Shown one piece after another: positions 20,652 through 32,027 of a stretch of 64,000 bases of DNA. The position numbers and the translations under genes were made by a program. The notes below the pieces were generated by a model that was not told the origin of the DNA, did not search any database, and saw only the letters and a list, made by a program, of their open reading frames with translations. Where the stretch lies: the IMG/VR virus record IMGVR_UViG_3300032123_000052, positions 128,001 through 192,000 of that record; one strand, 5' to 3'. The number at the start of each line of letters is the position of its first letter. The first letter of the stretch is position 1. The DNA is from a virus (lineage: Duplodnaviria > Caudoviricetes).

Positions 20652-22667
20652 TTAAAAGTTTATTTTGATTGTGCGGGAAAAGCTCCCGCTTAATTTGCAA
20701 AGAACCGATGCGTCTTTGGTGCTTGAGAATCCTAGACCACTTAGTTGATTATCAGCCTTTTCAACCTTCAGTTTGGATCCCAATACCTCGAACACTTTCC
20801 GATGCTCAGTTAACTCATTGCTAAGGAATTCGTTGAAGAACCCCCTGGCTCTTTTATCATTTTTACATCCATCAAGTATGAAAAATACATGCCTGTTACC
20901 TGTTTTATGACCATCCCAATGATTGGGAGAATTCATAATAAGAGAAGCCTTATAGAACTGCTGTGTTGAAATATTCCAAACGGCTTTCTTTGCTGCGGTC
21001 GATGGCAGTGATTCGATGAACTTTATCCCATCCTTTTTCGATAACTCAAATTCTGCCACAGTGACATCGCGAGATACACGCTTGCCATAATGGAACTTAT
21101 GGATATTCCCACCGTATTCAATCTCAGCATCGAACCCAACATCAACATCTTCACGCTGACCATATTGACGTATGAATAATTTGTACTTACCTTTATTCAT
21201 TTTGGCCAAGTTGGGCCATACAATATTCTCAACAGCGTTTCTTGAACCAGAGTTCTCAACATTCATATCAACATCAAGATTTCCGCCTGTATTAGATATC
21301 TTGTTGGCAAAATAAATATCATTACCACCAGGCTCTATAACATGAATATCCAAATCGTCGTAATTAAACCACCCGAGTGAGCACCGAAGTACCCCGTTGA
21401 TATTGCCACCAGCAGTCTTCACCCTTTCCTTAATAGAATCGGCAACCTCACCGCTATATGCCCAGGAAAAGTTATTATCCCATTGAAAAATATGTTTTGC
21501 ATCAATATTCATTGGTGCTATGAGACTCATTAAATTGTTTATATGACGGTTCTCAAACATCAACTCAACAGTATCTACCCTCGGAAGAATATCACTTATA
21601 AAAGTGTCAATTCCAACCTCCTCGACTTTATCAAACTTCTTTGCATCAAGCGGAACATTGCTTTCAATAGCGTCGAATACACCCATCGACTTTCTCGCCT
21701 CCCTATCTGCGAAAAGAACATTATTAACAGCGATGTCCTCAGTAACCGCAAACCTTCTTGTAAGAGAATCTTCGATGCCAAGTTCGGCAACCTTCTTCTG
21801 TGCTTCTGTTATCATACCTTTGGTAATAAGTGCAGTTGGGCGCTTATAGTTTTCTGGAGCAACCTTCGATTCGAACATCCTGACAGCTTCGTTAAGATCC
21901 ATATCGCTGGACATGTCAACAAGCAATGTTCCGATAACAGAATTCTTCATCCGTGAGCTTCCTCCAAGTTCCATTGATTCAACCCAGCAATAGTTATCAC
22001 GATCTTTTTCAGGAATTTTGTCAAATTTCTTTTTCTTTTTTATAAATAACTCAACTGTAGCTTTATGCTCTTCACCCCTGTACAGAGAATTCTGTTCAAT
22101 AAGGTCGAGGCATGTCTCAGCAGCCGATAAAGATATTTCATTCATACCTCTTATGAACAAATCTTTATTGGTATTTAAATGAGACATCGTAGTGCCCATT
22201 TCATCATTTGGCTTTATAATTGTTTTAGGGAGCTTTATAAAGAAGTGCTCCCACTTTATTGTTTCCCCGTCTTCAAGGAGTTGAATATTATAATCATTCC
22301 CAACAGTGTTCTGAAAATATAGAAACGGACTGGTTATTGCTTTAGACTTTACAACCTTTGACAGCGCCTCAGCAACAATTTTATACAGCCCATCTATTTC
22401 AATATCCCAAATAGAAACCGGTTTATTATTCACAATCGCAACCATGTGTCCACATGCTCTTATGAATTGTTTGCATGACTGGCAATCATACTCAGCGCGC
22501 TCTCTAAACATTTTATTAACACCTTCAGGAAAGCTACTGAGATAAGTTTCCCATAATAAATCTTTATCAACATCTACAGTGAAGAGCTTTAATCCCTTCA
22601 TAGAGTCGAACTGCTTTTGCACAGCGACCTTAAAATCTTTAAAAATTAATTCTTCCATTTTACCCAC
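20652..22667 (-). CDS. Large conserved phage protein with DUF2135/YfaP-like segment
   Basis: 671 aa; DDLDIHVIEPGG...LDVDMN...ENIVW segment. Confidence 0.75.
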   Translation of the reverse strand: MGKMEELIFKDFKVAVQKQFDSMKGLKLFTVDVDKDLLWETYLSSFPEGVNKMFRERAEYDCQSCKQFIRACGHMVAIVNNKPVSIWDIEIDGLYKIVAEALSKVVKSKAITSPFLYFQNTVGNDYNIQLLEDGETIKWEHFFIKLPKTIIKPNDEMGTTMSHLNTNKDLFIRGMNEISLSAAETCLDLIEQNSLYRGEEHKATVELFIKKKKKFDKIPEKDRDNYCWVESMELGGSSRMKNSVIGTLLVDMSSDMDLNEAVRMFESKVAPENYKRPTALITKGMITEAQKKVAELGIEDSLTRRFAVTEDIAVNNVLFADREARKSMGVFDAIESNVPLDAKKFDKVEEVGIDTFISDILPRVDTVELMFENRHINNLMSLIAPMNIDAKHIFQWDNNFSWAYSGEVADSIKERVKTAGGNINGVLRCSLGWFNYDDLDIHVIEPGGNDIYFANKISNTGGNLDVDMNVENSGSRNAVENIVWPNLAKMNKGKYKLFIRQYGQREDVDVGFDAEIEYGGNIHKFHYGKRVSRDVTVAEFELSKKDGIKFIESLPSTAAKKAVWNISTQQFYKASLIMNSPNHWDGHKTGNRHVFFILDGCKNDKRARGFFNEFLSNELTEHRKVFEVLGSKLKVEKADNQLSGLGFSSTKDASVLCKLSGSFSRTIKINF

Positions 22668-23234
22668 CTACCGTTAAATTGGATTAATTGACATTAAAAA
22701 AAATGTATAATACGAATTGATATTTACACAATAGTTATACCAAAACAAATTCTATTATAACCATTTTTTCTTTATTTTGCGATAAAATGGGGGCATTGAC
22801 ACCCTCCAGGCAAGATGTTTCGCACCGCAGCGCAAACAGAGTTTCCCGAAGAAAAGAAGGTATAGATAACTTACCTTCGATATTGATTTGCAGAATGGAC
22901 AGTTGATAAAGCTATGCTTACTCTTCTTCTCTATCTTCCATCGGTTGTGAATTAAAGCCGCGGGGTAAAATTTCAAGATTATACTTCGAAAGGATATTTT
23001 CTCCACCATTACCTCCATGTTCTATAGCATTAAATAACAACTGATCATTATCATGGTATATTCTGTTATTTCTATTTAGATCAGCATAAAACTGATCAAG
23101 ATATTCTTTAGTGAAAATTCTTTGAACTTGACTGTGCCCACGCGCCATTTCCTGTTGCGGTGCCACTGCCTCTTTATCCTTACGAATAAATCCGGCCTGA
23201 TACTCAGCCCAATCTTCAAAAATCACATCCATAA

Positions 23235-24821
23235 TTACCCCACTATTGATTGAATAAAATATTCAGGGAAAAAGTGTTTATTCCTAATAAGAAAACTTCT
23301 GAATGCAGAGTCGAGGATGTAAACATTACACCAATCCTCCTTATGGCGGACTCCGCGGCCAGTAACCTGGATTAAAGTTAGTGAGGTTTTCCAGAGATAC
23401 CAGTCTGGATCAATTTCTTTTCTTCGCTTGATCTGCGGATCGCCAAGGAATCCAAATGGCATCTTGCAAATTATGATGAATCTAGCAAGATCATCTTTGA
23501 GATCAACCCCTTCACTTAACGATGGAGATATCATAACCTTTGGATCTTTATGTTTTATAAAATATGAAAGCGCCTCACTGCGATCACCACCATCATGCCC
23601 AACCAACCTTCTTTTATTTGTTATCGCAACACTATCCGTGATGTATCTCGATATTTTAAAACTATGTGTATAAATAAGACCTTTATGAGGCATATGGACA
23701 TCCATAATCTCATTTACTGCCTTTGTTACTTTTGGTAATGTCTCATCAATATTAGTATAACTCATTGATCCGGTATTTACAAATATCGTCTTCCGGTTCT
23801 CAACAGGAAAGGTTGGTGGTACCTGATAGAACTCAGCTTCATCGGGAGGTATCCCAAGGTTGCGACAAAAGTTCTTCTTATCCAGTATAGTGGCAGACAT
23901 CATAAGATGACGCTTGCCAAAACTGAATAAAAGATCATCAGCATACGGTGCAACAGTAACTGGTTTAAAGAATATCTTATCGTCATCAGGGTTATTTTTT
24001 CCGCGCTGAATTTCGTGAACCCATTCGTTCTGCTCACAAGTCTTAAGGAAATTATCAATCTTCTTGATCTGTGTATTCAGTCTGGTATTCATCGATGATA
24101 GTTTTTTTATCTGCTCGATTATATTGTCACGACCAGCGACAGAAACTAATAGGTCTGATTTTAAACTCAGTATGTCAGATAAGTTACTTTTAACCTCATC
24201 AGCAAAACAATCTGAAATCTGATTAAGCCAGTCAATATAATCTTCAACCTTATCGTATTCTGGTATATCAGAAAGTGACCCTAGTTTTCTCATATATTTC
24301 GATGTAAACTTGATTTCAACAAAACCCATTAACTCTCTATCCACCCCATGACATTCATCACAAACGATTAGGTTTGCAGGTTTAAATATTTTTGCATATT
24401 GAGTTGCATAAAGAAAATATGTATAATTTAACAATGCTATTTTAGCATTAAGCGCAGCACCCTTTGCCGATTCATATGGACATTCGGTGATATCTGGACA
24501 CCTTCCTGTTTGACAAAATCCATTGTTACAAAAGCTATCCATATGAGCGCAGCTGTAATTGTTACGGCCCATCAACTCAACAAATTCCGGCGATCCGTAA
24601 TCATATACGTACTGGGTCTGCAGGACTTTCTGAGATGTTAATAGGTATGTTGGCGCAAAGTGCATACCAAGGGCAACAGCGATCGGGGATTTTCCCGACC
24701 CTGTTGGTGCCTCTAATATTACATATTTAATCCCACTGTCAAAAGCTTTTTCTATCGTAAGAATGGTCTCGCGTTGATACCGGCGGTAGGTGCCATGCGG
24801 AAAGTGAGTTAGTATATCCAA
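23235..24821 (-). CDS. DinG/XPD-family SF2 helicase
   Basis: Walker A APTGSGKS, Fe-S-like Cys cluster, DECH, MSAT, EGVD, QVTGRGVR. Confidence 0.9.
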   Translation of the reverse strand: MDILTHFPHGTYRRYQRETILTIEKAFDSGIKYVILEAPTGSGKSPIAVALGMHFAPTYLLTSQKVLQTQYVYDYGSPEFVELMGRNNYSCAHMDSFCNNGFCQTGRCPDITECPYESAKGAALNAKIALLNYTYFLYATQYAKIFKPANLIVCDECHGVDRELMGFVEIKFTSKYMRKLGSLSDIPEYDKVEDYIDWLNQISDCFADEVKSNLSDILSLKSDLLVSVAGRDNIIEQIKKLSSMNTRLNTQIKKIDNFLKTCEQNEWVHEIQRGKNNPDDDKIFFKPVTVAPYADDLLFSFGKRHLMMSATILDKKNFCRNLGIPPDEAEFYQVPPTFPVENRKTIFVNTGSMSYTNIDETLPKVTKAVNEIMDVHMPHKGLIYTHSFKISRYITDSVAITNKRRLVGHDGGDRSEALSYFIKHKDPKVMISPSLSEGVDLKDDLARFIIICKMPFGFLGDPQIKRRKEIDPDWYLWKTSLTLIQVTGRGVRHKEDWCNVYILDSAFRSFLIRNKHFFPEYFIQSIVG

Positions 24822-24864
24822 TTATTCTCCTTTTGTGTTTCTATTGATCGAAGTTTTTCAGTCA

Positions 24865-25518
24865 TTATTTTAATCCGTATACTTTATCAACCATATTCAG
24901 AAGAGTTTTAAGAGCAGACTCAAACCGAAGTTTCGATATCTTTTCCATCCATTCAAAACCATCGAGTGTCCTGATTGGTATAATATCTTTTATTAATCCA
25001 ATCGCCACACTCTCACCTTTAATGTTCTCAAACTTTATGATCGTGGCGTATTGTAAGTTGTCAATCCCAATAACTTTGAGATATGTCCACCAGTAATCCG
25101 TCTTTTCTTTCGAACTGGTGTAGCTGTTCTTCCTGCGGAAATGTTTTCCAATATATTTCTTCTCGAGGTCAGGAATTAGAAATTCAGCATCAATATTGCC
25201 GATTTCCATATGGAGCTTCCTGCATTGTAACTCAACTTTCTTGTGTTTCTTTACAAGCCCAAGTCTTTTTTGGACCATCTCGATTCTTTTAAATGTCTCT
25301 TTTTTCATTATAATCCTTTCGTGCAGGCATCGTCCACCCACAACCACTGTAACGTTACTTTTAAAATCATCACCCCATGGATTTCCACCCTTAGCCCATT
25401 TGACTTTGAATTTCGTATTCTCACAATACGCGTGTAACGCAAGCGCCACACTATCCGGATTCAACCATAGTGGATCGTTCGGCGAGTCATATTCAATCAC
25501 AACTGATATTTTAGGCAT
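24865..25518 (-). CDS. Hypothetical protein (may span two genes)
   Basis: ORF track. Confidence 0.55.
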   Translation of the reverse strand: MPKISVVIEYDSPNDPLWLNPDSVALALHAYCENTKFKVKWAKGGNPWGDDFKSNVTVVVGGRCLHERIIMKKETFKRIEMVQKRLGLVKKHKKVELQCRKLHMEIGNIDAEFLIPDLEKKYIGKHFRRKNSYTSSKEKTDYWWTYLKVIGIDNLQYATIIKFENIKGESVAIGLIKDIIPIRTLDGFEWMEKISKLRFESALKTLLNMVDKVYGLK

Positions 25519-25591
25519 AAATCTCCTTTGATGTTAATACTGTACGCAAAATCACTTAGTTATAATGTATTAATCACTAATCTTTATAATA

Positions 25592-26113
25592 TTAAGATTT
25601 GAGAGCTGGCTCTTCCCCATTAGCCTTTACACCATTATCAGGTGCAAGGAAATTGCCTGCGCCAACGGATGCGCCGCTTGGCAGATGAATGAATTCGACA
25701 CATCCATCTATCTTTTCATCCAGGGCTAATGGTAATAACCAATTGAGGCAATAAACGCAGGAACCGTCGATACAGAATCCTATATCTCCACGGCCTCGAA
25801 TTATACTTTTAACTATTGTTTCTGTTTCCACAGTATGAGCATCAAAATATGCTTTACGGTCTGATGCTGTGTAGAAAATCACTTTAAAACTTTTCATATC
25901 TGTTATAATTGCGAATCTTTTCCAATTTTCATAATGAACACCAGTTTCTTCTTTAAATTCTCTGATCATAGCGACGCGCTCGTGCTCGCCTTTTTCTACT
26001 TTTCCACCAACACCATTGAGCATGCCTGCTTGCCACTCAGGTTTTTGTTTTCTAATGAGGATGACACTACTCATTCGCTGGTTAAACATGAAACCACATA
26101 CGTATTTTTGCAT
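25592..26113 (-). CDS. NUDIX hydrolase
   Basis: Nudix box GGKVEKGEHERVAMIREFKEETGV. Confidence 0.9.
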   Translation of the reverse strand: MQKYVCGFMFNQRMSSVILIRKQKPEWQAGMLNGVGGKVEKGEHERVAMIREFKEETGVHYENWKRFAIITDMKSFKVIFYTASDRKAYFDAHTVETETIVKSIIRGRGDIGFCIDGSCVYCLNWLLPLALDEKIDGCVEFIHLPSGASVGAGNFLAPDNGVKANGEEPALKS

Positions 26114-26245
26114 ATTTAATATAGTATTCTTTCTTCAAAAATCTTCTTCACCAAATTATAATAATGTTTTCATAATATTTTAAAAAAGCGAGAAGGTATT
26201 TAGTGTGTATCCTCCTCGCTTTTGAAATGATATTACCCTAACCCT

Positions 26246-27220
26246 TTATTTTCGTCTCCATTTATCATTTATATATTCGTACAAAACCCTATCTTGATGG
26301 CTGAGTGTTGGTGCTCCGGATACTATCTCAACAACTTTATAGCCTATCTGTGGCATAGGCATGAGATATTTATCACCATTAACACTGGCGAGGGATGTTT
26401 CAATATCCAGAAAGTGGTCACGTATCTCAACATTAACATTCCCTTGCCCTTTGACCTTTTCAAATGATACGGTGAAGCCTGTCATTTCATACATCTGGCT
26501 GTAATCAGGAGGCGCTTCGCTTGGAATAACCTGTGCACCTTCAGGTTTTCCTCCTGAGTTAAACTGATTTCCAGTAGTCCTGTTTCTGGCTATTCCACCC
26601 TCTTGACGCTGGTTATTTCGTGCATCCTGCACCGACTGGGAGTCAAATCCAGGTTTTTTGGATTGAGTGAGCCTCTGCTCTTCAATCACATTATCCATAT
26701 TAATACAAACCTCTGGAGTTATGGGTTTCTCTTCAGACTTTCCAGGCATACTTCCTTTAATTATTGTTCCATCTTCATCATTTTTTACCGGGATGTCAAT
26801 TTGTTCGAGTTCTGCAATTGCACCTTCAAGACTTTGGTTCGTCTCTTCGGCAACTGTCTCGTTGGTACCATTGGCAATTTCATCCATAGGTGTTTTTTCA
26901 ACAACCTGTTCTTCATCATCATCACCTGGAGGCTTCGGGGCTGAATATTCAACTCCATCAGTTGGGAGTTCGACATCAGATTCATCAATCTCTTCATTGC
27001 CGCCAATTTCTAAATCCGGACCTTGCACAGTTTCCCCTGGTGTATTTTCACTACCAGTGTTATCATCAGTCTCTTCTAAAGACGGCCCGCCTGTCTGCGG
27101 CGTATATTCACCCTCACCATCAAGGTGCGCTTCACCAGTGTTTAAATCTTGATCATTATTGTTCAAGACTACTCCTTTTAAGAAATTGTTCAATATCAAT
27201 CCATACGCCATGCATTTCAT
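26246..27220 (-). CDS. Acidic low-complexity hypothetical protein
   Basis: D/E-rich N-terminal two-thirds; likely start at GTG after AAGGAG. Confidence 0.7.
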   Translation of the reverse strand: MKCMAYGLILNNFLKGVVLNNNDQDLNTGEAHLDGEGEYTPQTGGPSLEETDDNTGSENTPGETVQGPDLEIGGNEEIDESDVELPTDGVEYSAPKPPGDDDEEQVVEKTPMDEIANGTNETVAEETNQSLEGAIAELEQIDIPVKNDEDGTIIKGSMPGKSEEKPITPEVCINMDNVIEEQRLTQSKKPGFDSQSVQDARNNQRQEGGIARNRTTGNQFNSGGKPEGAQVIPSEAPPDYSQMYEMTGFTVSFEKVKGQGNVNVEIRDHFLDIETSLASVNGDKYLMPMPQIGYKVVEIVSGAPTLSHQDRVLYEYINDKWRRK

Positions 27221-27509
27221 CAGTGAGTATTTGATTTTTGACGATTATATATATAGGGTATTCCAATGTAATAATACCGGTCCTATCAACAAACCCAACT
27301 TCACAATCCTCACTCAGTTGTCTGCAAAGAGCTACGAGCAATTCATCATTTGTTACCTTGTCGCCATTCACTTTGAGATGATATTCATTCTTAAGTTTAC
27401 CATTTACATATACTATCTCAACATCAAATCCATCAAACGATTCGTAACCATAGGTTACATTATCAGGATTGATCTGCAGGCTCTTTCCAAACGGATGGTC
27501 CATTTCTTT

Positions 27510-27998
27510 TTACTCCTTATTATTTTTAGGAATTTCCCATTTCAAACTTTTGCAACATGGACACATTATTGGTTTTTTATTTTTTCTCGGAATCCAGATG
27601 TGTCCACATCTTTTGCATTTAGTTTGCTCCAAATGGTATATTTTATTTTTTAGCTCCACCCAATGAAGGCTTTTATCACTATGGTGTTTAGACCTATCAA
27701 TTCTAAGTAAGTTCTTAGGTCTATTATCCCTTTTTATTAAATTTATATGATGAATTATATCACCAGGTCCTAAAATCTCATTATAATACCTCTCATAAAC
27801 AAGCCTGTGTAAAGGAATATTTTTTCTTTTAAAATATATAGATCTATACCCATCACCATCAGATACCAAAGATCTTTTTATACTCCATTCCATCTGGCAG
27901 ACCACACACCGGTAGTGTGTTATATATACTTCGCTTTTTATTGTATAATCAATTACTTTGTGAGGTTTACTTTTACACCCAGGACACTCCAACATCAT
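27510..27998 (-). CDS. HNH endonuclease flanked by Zn ribbons
   Basis: LHRLVY...IHHINLIKRDNRPKNL HNH motif; CxxC pairs at both ends. Confidence 0.8.
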   Translation of the reverse strand: MMLECPGCKSKPHKVIDYTIKSEVYITHYRCVVCQMEWSIKRSLVSDGDGYRSIYFKRKNIPLHRLVYERYYNEILGPGDIIHHINLIKRDNRPKNLLRIDRSKHHSDKSLHWVELKNKIYHLEQTKCKRCGHIWIPRKNKKPIMCPCCKSLKWEIPKNNKE

Positions 27999-28081
27999 TT
28001 ATTATATCCTTAAAATATAAGTAAGCTTACTTATAATATAAGTGTGTTTGTTTCAAAATTCAAACATTTTTTTATATATTT

Positions 28082-28852
28082 TCAATAAATATCATCAATA
28101 CGCTTTATGCTGTTAATGTTAATCTCTGTGATTGAGCTACCATCCCACATTCTGATACACAAAGCATCGGCATACCTGAATTCTCCAACATAAATCACAC
28201 CACTATACTGATGGATAGCATAGTGATGATTTGTCTCAAGGCATTTTCCTGCAACATCCCGCCGCCAGTAATCACACATCTCAGAATAGGTCATCAGGAT
28301 GACATTTTCAATATTATCAATATTAACAATGTGAAACACACCTTCAGCCTGTGTCATCCTTATCGTACCGTCGCGCCCAAGGCTGCAGAATTCTCCAATA
28401 ACATCATTACCACCATTTTTATCTTTAATCTTATAATGGTTTCCGGGGCGCATTTTGGTATTATTGATAGTAACTCCCTGTTTACCATCGAAATGCTGAA
28501 AGCCCATCCAGTCCTGTTTTGGGATATCATCTTCATCCTGGGCCGCCGTCTCAAGTATATTTGATTCAACTAGATCGTCATCACCATTCTCATCATGATT
28601 TGTTTCATAGTAATCCCACTCTTCTTCTTCAAACATTTCTCTCTTCCATGGTATATATACCAGAAGAGCTTCAATTACCGGACAATTCTCCGGTTTATTC
28701 TCTATACACCACACTCCGAGACTGCAATTACAATCCTGCTCACCACGAGCGTCTGTATGCATATCATCATAATTTAAGTGTGGGCAAGGCATATTTCTGA
28801 GTTCATTGAATATCTGCTCAGTTCCGCTGGTTATATCGGTCTTTGTTATCAA
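28082..28852 (-). CDS. Hypothetical protein
   Basis: ORF track; GGAG RBS. Confidence 0.65.
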   Translation of the reverse strand: MITKTDITSGTEQIFNELRNMPCPHLNYDDMHTDARGEQDCNCSLGVWCIENKPENCPVIEALLVYIPWKREMFEEEEWDYYETNHDENGDDDLVESNILETAAQDEDDIPKQDWMGFQHFDGKQGVTINNTKMRPGNHYKIKDKNGGNDVIGEFCSLGRDGTIRMTQAEGVFHIVNIDNIENVILMTYSEMCDYWRRDVAGKCLETNHHYAIHQYSGVIYVGEFRYADALCIRMWDGSSITEININSIKRIDDIY

Positions 28853-28907
28853 AATATTCCTTTCTCCATATTAGACATAATACCATCATCAATCGCGTCG
28901 TCCCAAT

Positions 28908-29348
28908 TTACCATATACCACCTTTCTTTTTAATTATTCTCTCCACATGTGGAATACCATATTCATACATTGCTGTAAATTGATTTGGGCCCCATCCTGC
29001 TTTTTTAAATATTGTAATAAGACTTTCAGCTAATTCGCCCATTTCTCCCAACAATACTACCTGTGGGTGTTTTATATTATACAAAGCTTTAATTAAACCA
29101 TTAAAATCATCAGCGCTTATTTTTTTTTCCTTTTTTATATAATAATTAGCGATAGTTTCGGTTACAGCTTTTTGATTTATCTCAAAACACTGGCTAATTA
29201 ATTGGATCATTCTACCTGCCAGATTCATATGAATCATACACCCATATGTTTTTCCAATTATCCCACGGATACACTGACAAGATAAATATCGTGGGGACTG
29301 CTCTTCCTTTTTTTTCAACCTAAACCTCCGTTCAAAATCAAAAATCAA
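28908..29348 (-). CDS. Hypothetical protein
   Basis: ORF track. Confidence 0.55.
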   Translation of the reverse strand: MIFDFERRFRLKKKEEQSPRYLSCQCIRGIIGKTYGCMIHMNLAGRMIQLISQCFEINQKAVTETIANYYIKKEKKISADDFNGLIKALYNIKHPQVVLLGEMGELAESLITIFKKAGWGPNQFTAMYEYGIPHVERIIKKKGGIW

Positions 29349-29349
29349 T

Positions 29350-29975
29350 GACTTATTTTTACAACATTTTTACTAATCTTCTAAAAATCAATGCCCCAAA
29401 TTTACAAATTCCTTTACAAAATGAATGGTTCTGAGAACCTGCAAGAATCGTGCCAATCGTTTATTAAGCGATTAAACCAAAACTCGAGCCTTGTGACATG
29501 ATTGCAAGTAGTTTTGCTGTTATGTCACTATACCTACTGTTCGAGTAGAGCTTTTTAAACCTTGCCTTGAATTTACGCTTCTCAGAACTATTCATTTTGT
29601 CAAGCCTTATATAAACATAAGTCTATACTATATATATAATTAACTAATATATATAATAATAATAATATATAATAAGTAATTGATATTAATATACTTATAT
29701 AGTATTAATATATCTTTTGTACTTTTTTACATATGTATGTTATACATACTCTAAAGATTCACAAAAATTTAGTGACACATTAGCAAGGAGAAAGTGTGTT
29801 TGTAGATAATAGATATTTCCCGCGCGTTATATACAAAAAAAAAGTACAAAAAGTTTGAGGGTATTTCTCTTTAATAGACCAGAAGGTGGTCAAGAGAACC
29901 GAATAATATAATGGATTTGTATTTTAGAAGCAAGAGGTTTTTTTCTTTTTTTCAAAGTTTATATCTATCAGGTAT
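29350..29975. other. Long AT-rich intergenic region (origin or regulatory candidate)
   Basis: No long ORF; nearly pure A/T core at about 29625-29720; short direct and inverted repeats. Confidence 0.4.
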
Positions 29976-29978
29976 CCT

Positions 29979-30437
29979 TTAACCTCCTGAGAATATCTCA
30001 TCAATTAATTGATTAAACGATTCGACCACACCTGCAGGTTGAGAATTATCATCACACTGTATTGTGTTGCAGCTCACACACCTTTCGTCCCAGTGTTTCC
30101 ACATATCACCACAACCGGCACATAATGGTTTCCTAACACGACTCCAAGATGAACAATTTATCACTGTGATCATATATTTAATTCTTTGCCAGAAGAATGG
30201 GTTAAATGGTATATGTTCGCACGATATTCTTTTTTTATCACGAGAGCATGTGCACGAATAACATTCATCACCGTACAATTCTGCGTTAGTAACAACAAAC
30301 GTGCTTTTGATTTTATCATAGAAATGTAAAAAAATTTCTGTATTAAACATTACATATTCACCAGGGTCTCCAGATATTGTTGCATAAAATGACCCCCATG
30401 GAGGGTATGCTTTGACTTCATATTTTATTCGTACCAA
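29979..30437 (-). CDS. SWIM-like Zn-finger protein
   Basis: CTC...CEH SWIM pattern; C-terminal CxGCGDxWxH...RCxxC shared with the next gene. Confidence 0.65.
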   Translation of the reverse strand: MVRIKYEVKAYPPWGSFYATISGDPGEYVMFNTEIFLHFYDKIKSTFVVTNAELYGDECYSCTCSRDKKRISCEHIPFNPFFWQRIKYMITVINCSSWSRVRKPLCAGCGDMWKHWDERCVSCNTIQCDDNSQPAGVVESFNQLIDEIFSGG

Positions 30438-30894
30438 AAGTTTCCTCCATTAAGATATTAAATTCCGTTGCGACATCCAAATTCTGTGCACACCTACAGC
30501 CATTGCACCTTTTCCCAGGGAAATGAAGCCACGCATCACCACACCCGTGACATTCGACACAAAACATCAACCTGAATTCCTGTATCATATTGTACACATC
30601 TTTCCAGAAATTATAAGCAGGTATTTTATTAATCATTATTGTGGTTTTTGTTGTATCTATATCGATAATACAAGCCCCATGAATATCTAAAAAATTACAC
30701 CCAATAATATTATTATTATAAGCGGTATAATAATTTAGATTAATTTTTTTGTTATATTTTGATATGGTGGCTTCAGGAATGGCCCCTTTTTGCATTTCAA
30801 TCAACAAAACTCCATATTGGGTAATTTTACTCAACGCGGATTTGAATAACACTTTTATTGGTGGACTGTTTGGTTTTATCAATTTATCAGACAT
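30418..30894 (-). CDS. Zn-finger protein sharing a C-terminal module with 29979-30437
   Basis: CHGCGDAWLH...RCNGC versus CAGCGDMWKH...RCVSC. Confidence 0.65.
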   Translation of the reverse strand: MSDKLIKPNSPPIKVLFKSALSKITQYGVLLIEMQKGAIPEATISKYNKKINLNYYTAYNNNIIGCNFLDIHGACIIDIDTTKTTIMINKIPAYNFWKDVYNMIQEFRLMFCVECHGCGDAWLHFPGKRCNGCRCAQNLDVATEFNILMEETFGTNKI

Positions 30895-31649
30895 AAGAAC
30901 TATCCTCCTGAAATTAATTAAAAAATAATTACCTCATCTATAATTGTTATATCAGATTTGTAGATGCAATAACAGCTAAAAAAAAAGAGGCAAGTTGTTC
31001 TGCCTCGATTTTCTACGTTTACAGTACCACGCAATGGCGCAGCTTATAATTCCACCATCGTATGTGAAATGTGTGCTGTTACGCTATGACCGCATTGATA
31101 CGCTCATTATTGTCGAGAAGCCACTCTTGACGAAGAGCCGGGCCGTGAATAGCTGCACACTCTTTAAGCAAAGTAATGGCATCACTTTCGTTGTTGGTTG
31201 ATGTGGAGCGTAATGCTGCCTCTACATCAGAAAGTTTGACATACACTGGTACCCCTTCACATTTACCACGCATCATACCATCAACAGTATCAGGATAGTA
31301 TCTAGTAACTTTTTTCAAACTTTTTATCATAATATTCTCCTTTAAGCGGAATTTCAACCATCTGCTGATATACCGTGCTTTTGTGCTACGGTTATTGTGT
31401 GACGTTTGCTTCGATTCCACCCAAAACGCGGTTTGATTCCACCTTAAACAATGGAAAAGGGCTGGTAGTGTCTACTAACCAATGGCGGCCACACGGACAC
31501 CTAGCGATATATACTGTTTTGCCAGAAACACAGTCTACAAAGTCAGGCTCGTGGCCGGTCATAAACCAATGAAGACCTAAATTACATGTTATCATATCAC
31601 CTCCAATTTTAAAAAAAAATAAATATGTGAAGTGAACGTACAACGTTTG

Positions 31650-31979
31650 CTAAACGGCTGATAGCTGCCGAAGCTGATCAACAACCTCGGCAATGTCTTT
31701 AATATGATATTTTGCACCATAATGATTTTGGGTTTCTAATACATCTGCGGCCTTGGAAATTTTTGTCTTTAGCTGTTTTGTGACCGTTTCTGTTGATTCC
31801 TTATCTAAAATCACAGCGGCTTTATAAGCCGCTTCCACATTGCACTTTTTTTTATGCTTAATATCACTGATGAGCCACGCCTTTTCTCCACATCCACGAC
31901 ATACCGACAGAATATTGTCGCTATCATAAAGCCATTCACCAAATGCATATTCTATTAATACTTCGACTAATTTGCTCAT
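31650..31979 (-). CDS. Hypothetical protein
   Basis: ORF track; AAGGA RBS. Confidence 0.6.
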   Translation of the reverse strand: MSKLVEVLIEYAFGEWLYDSDNILSVCRGCGEKAWLISDIKHKKKCNVEAAYKAAVILDKESTETVTKQLKTKISKAADVLETQNHYGAKYHIKDIAEVVDQLRQLSAV

Positions 31980-32027
31980 AATTTTCCTTTCTGGTAGTAT
32001 TATTTGTAGAGGATTGTTCCCACAGCT

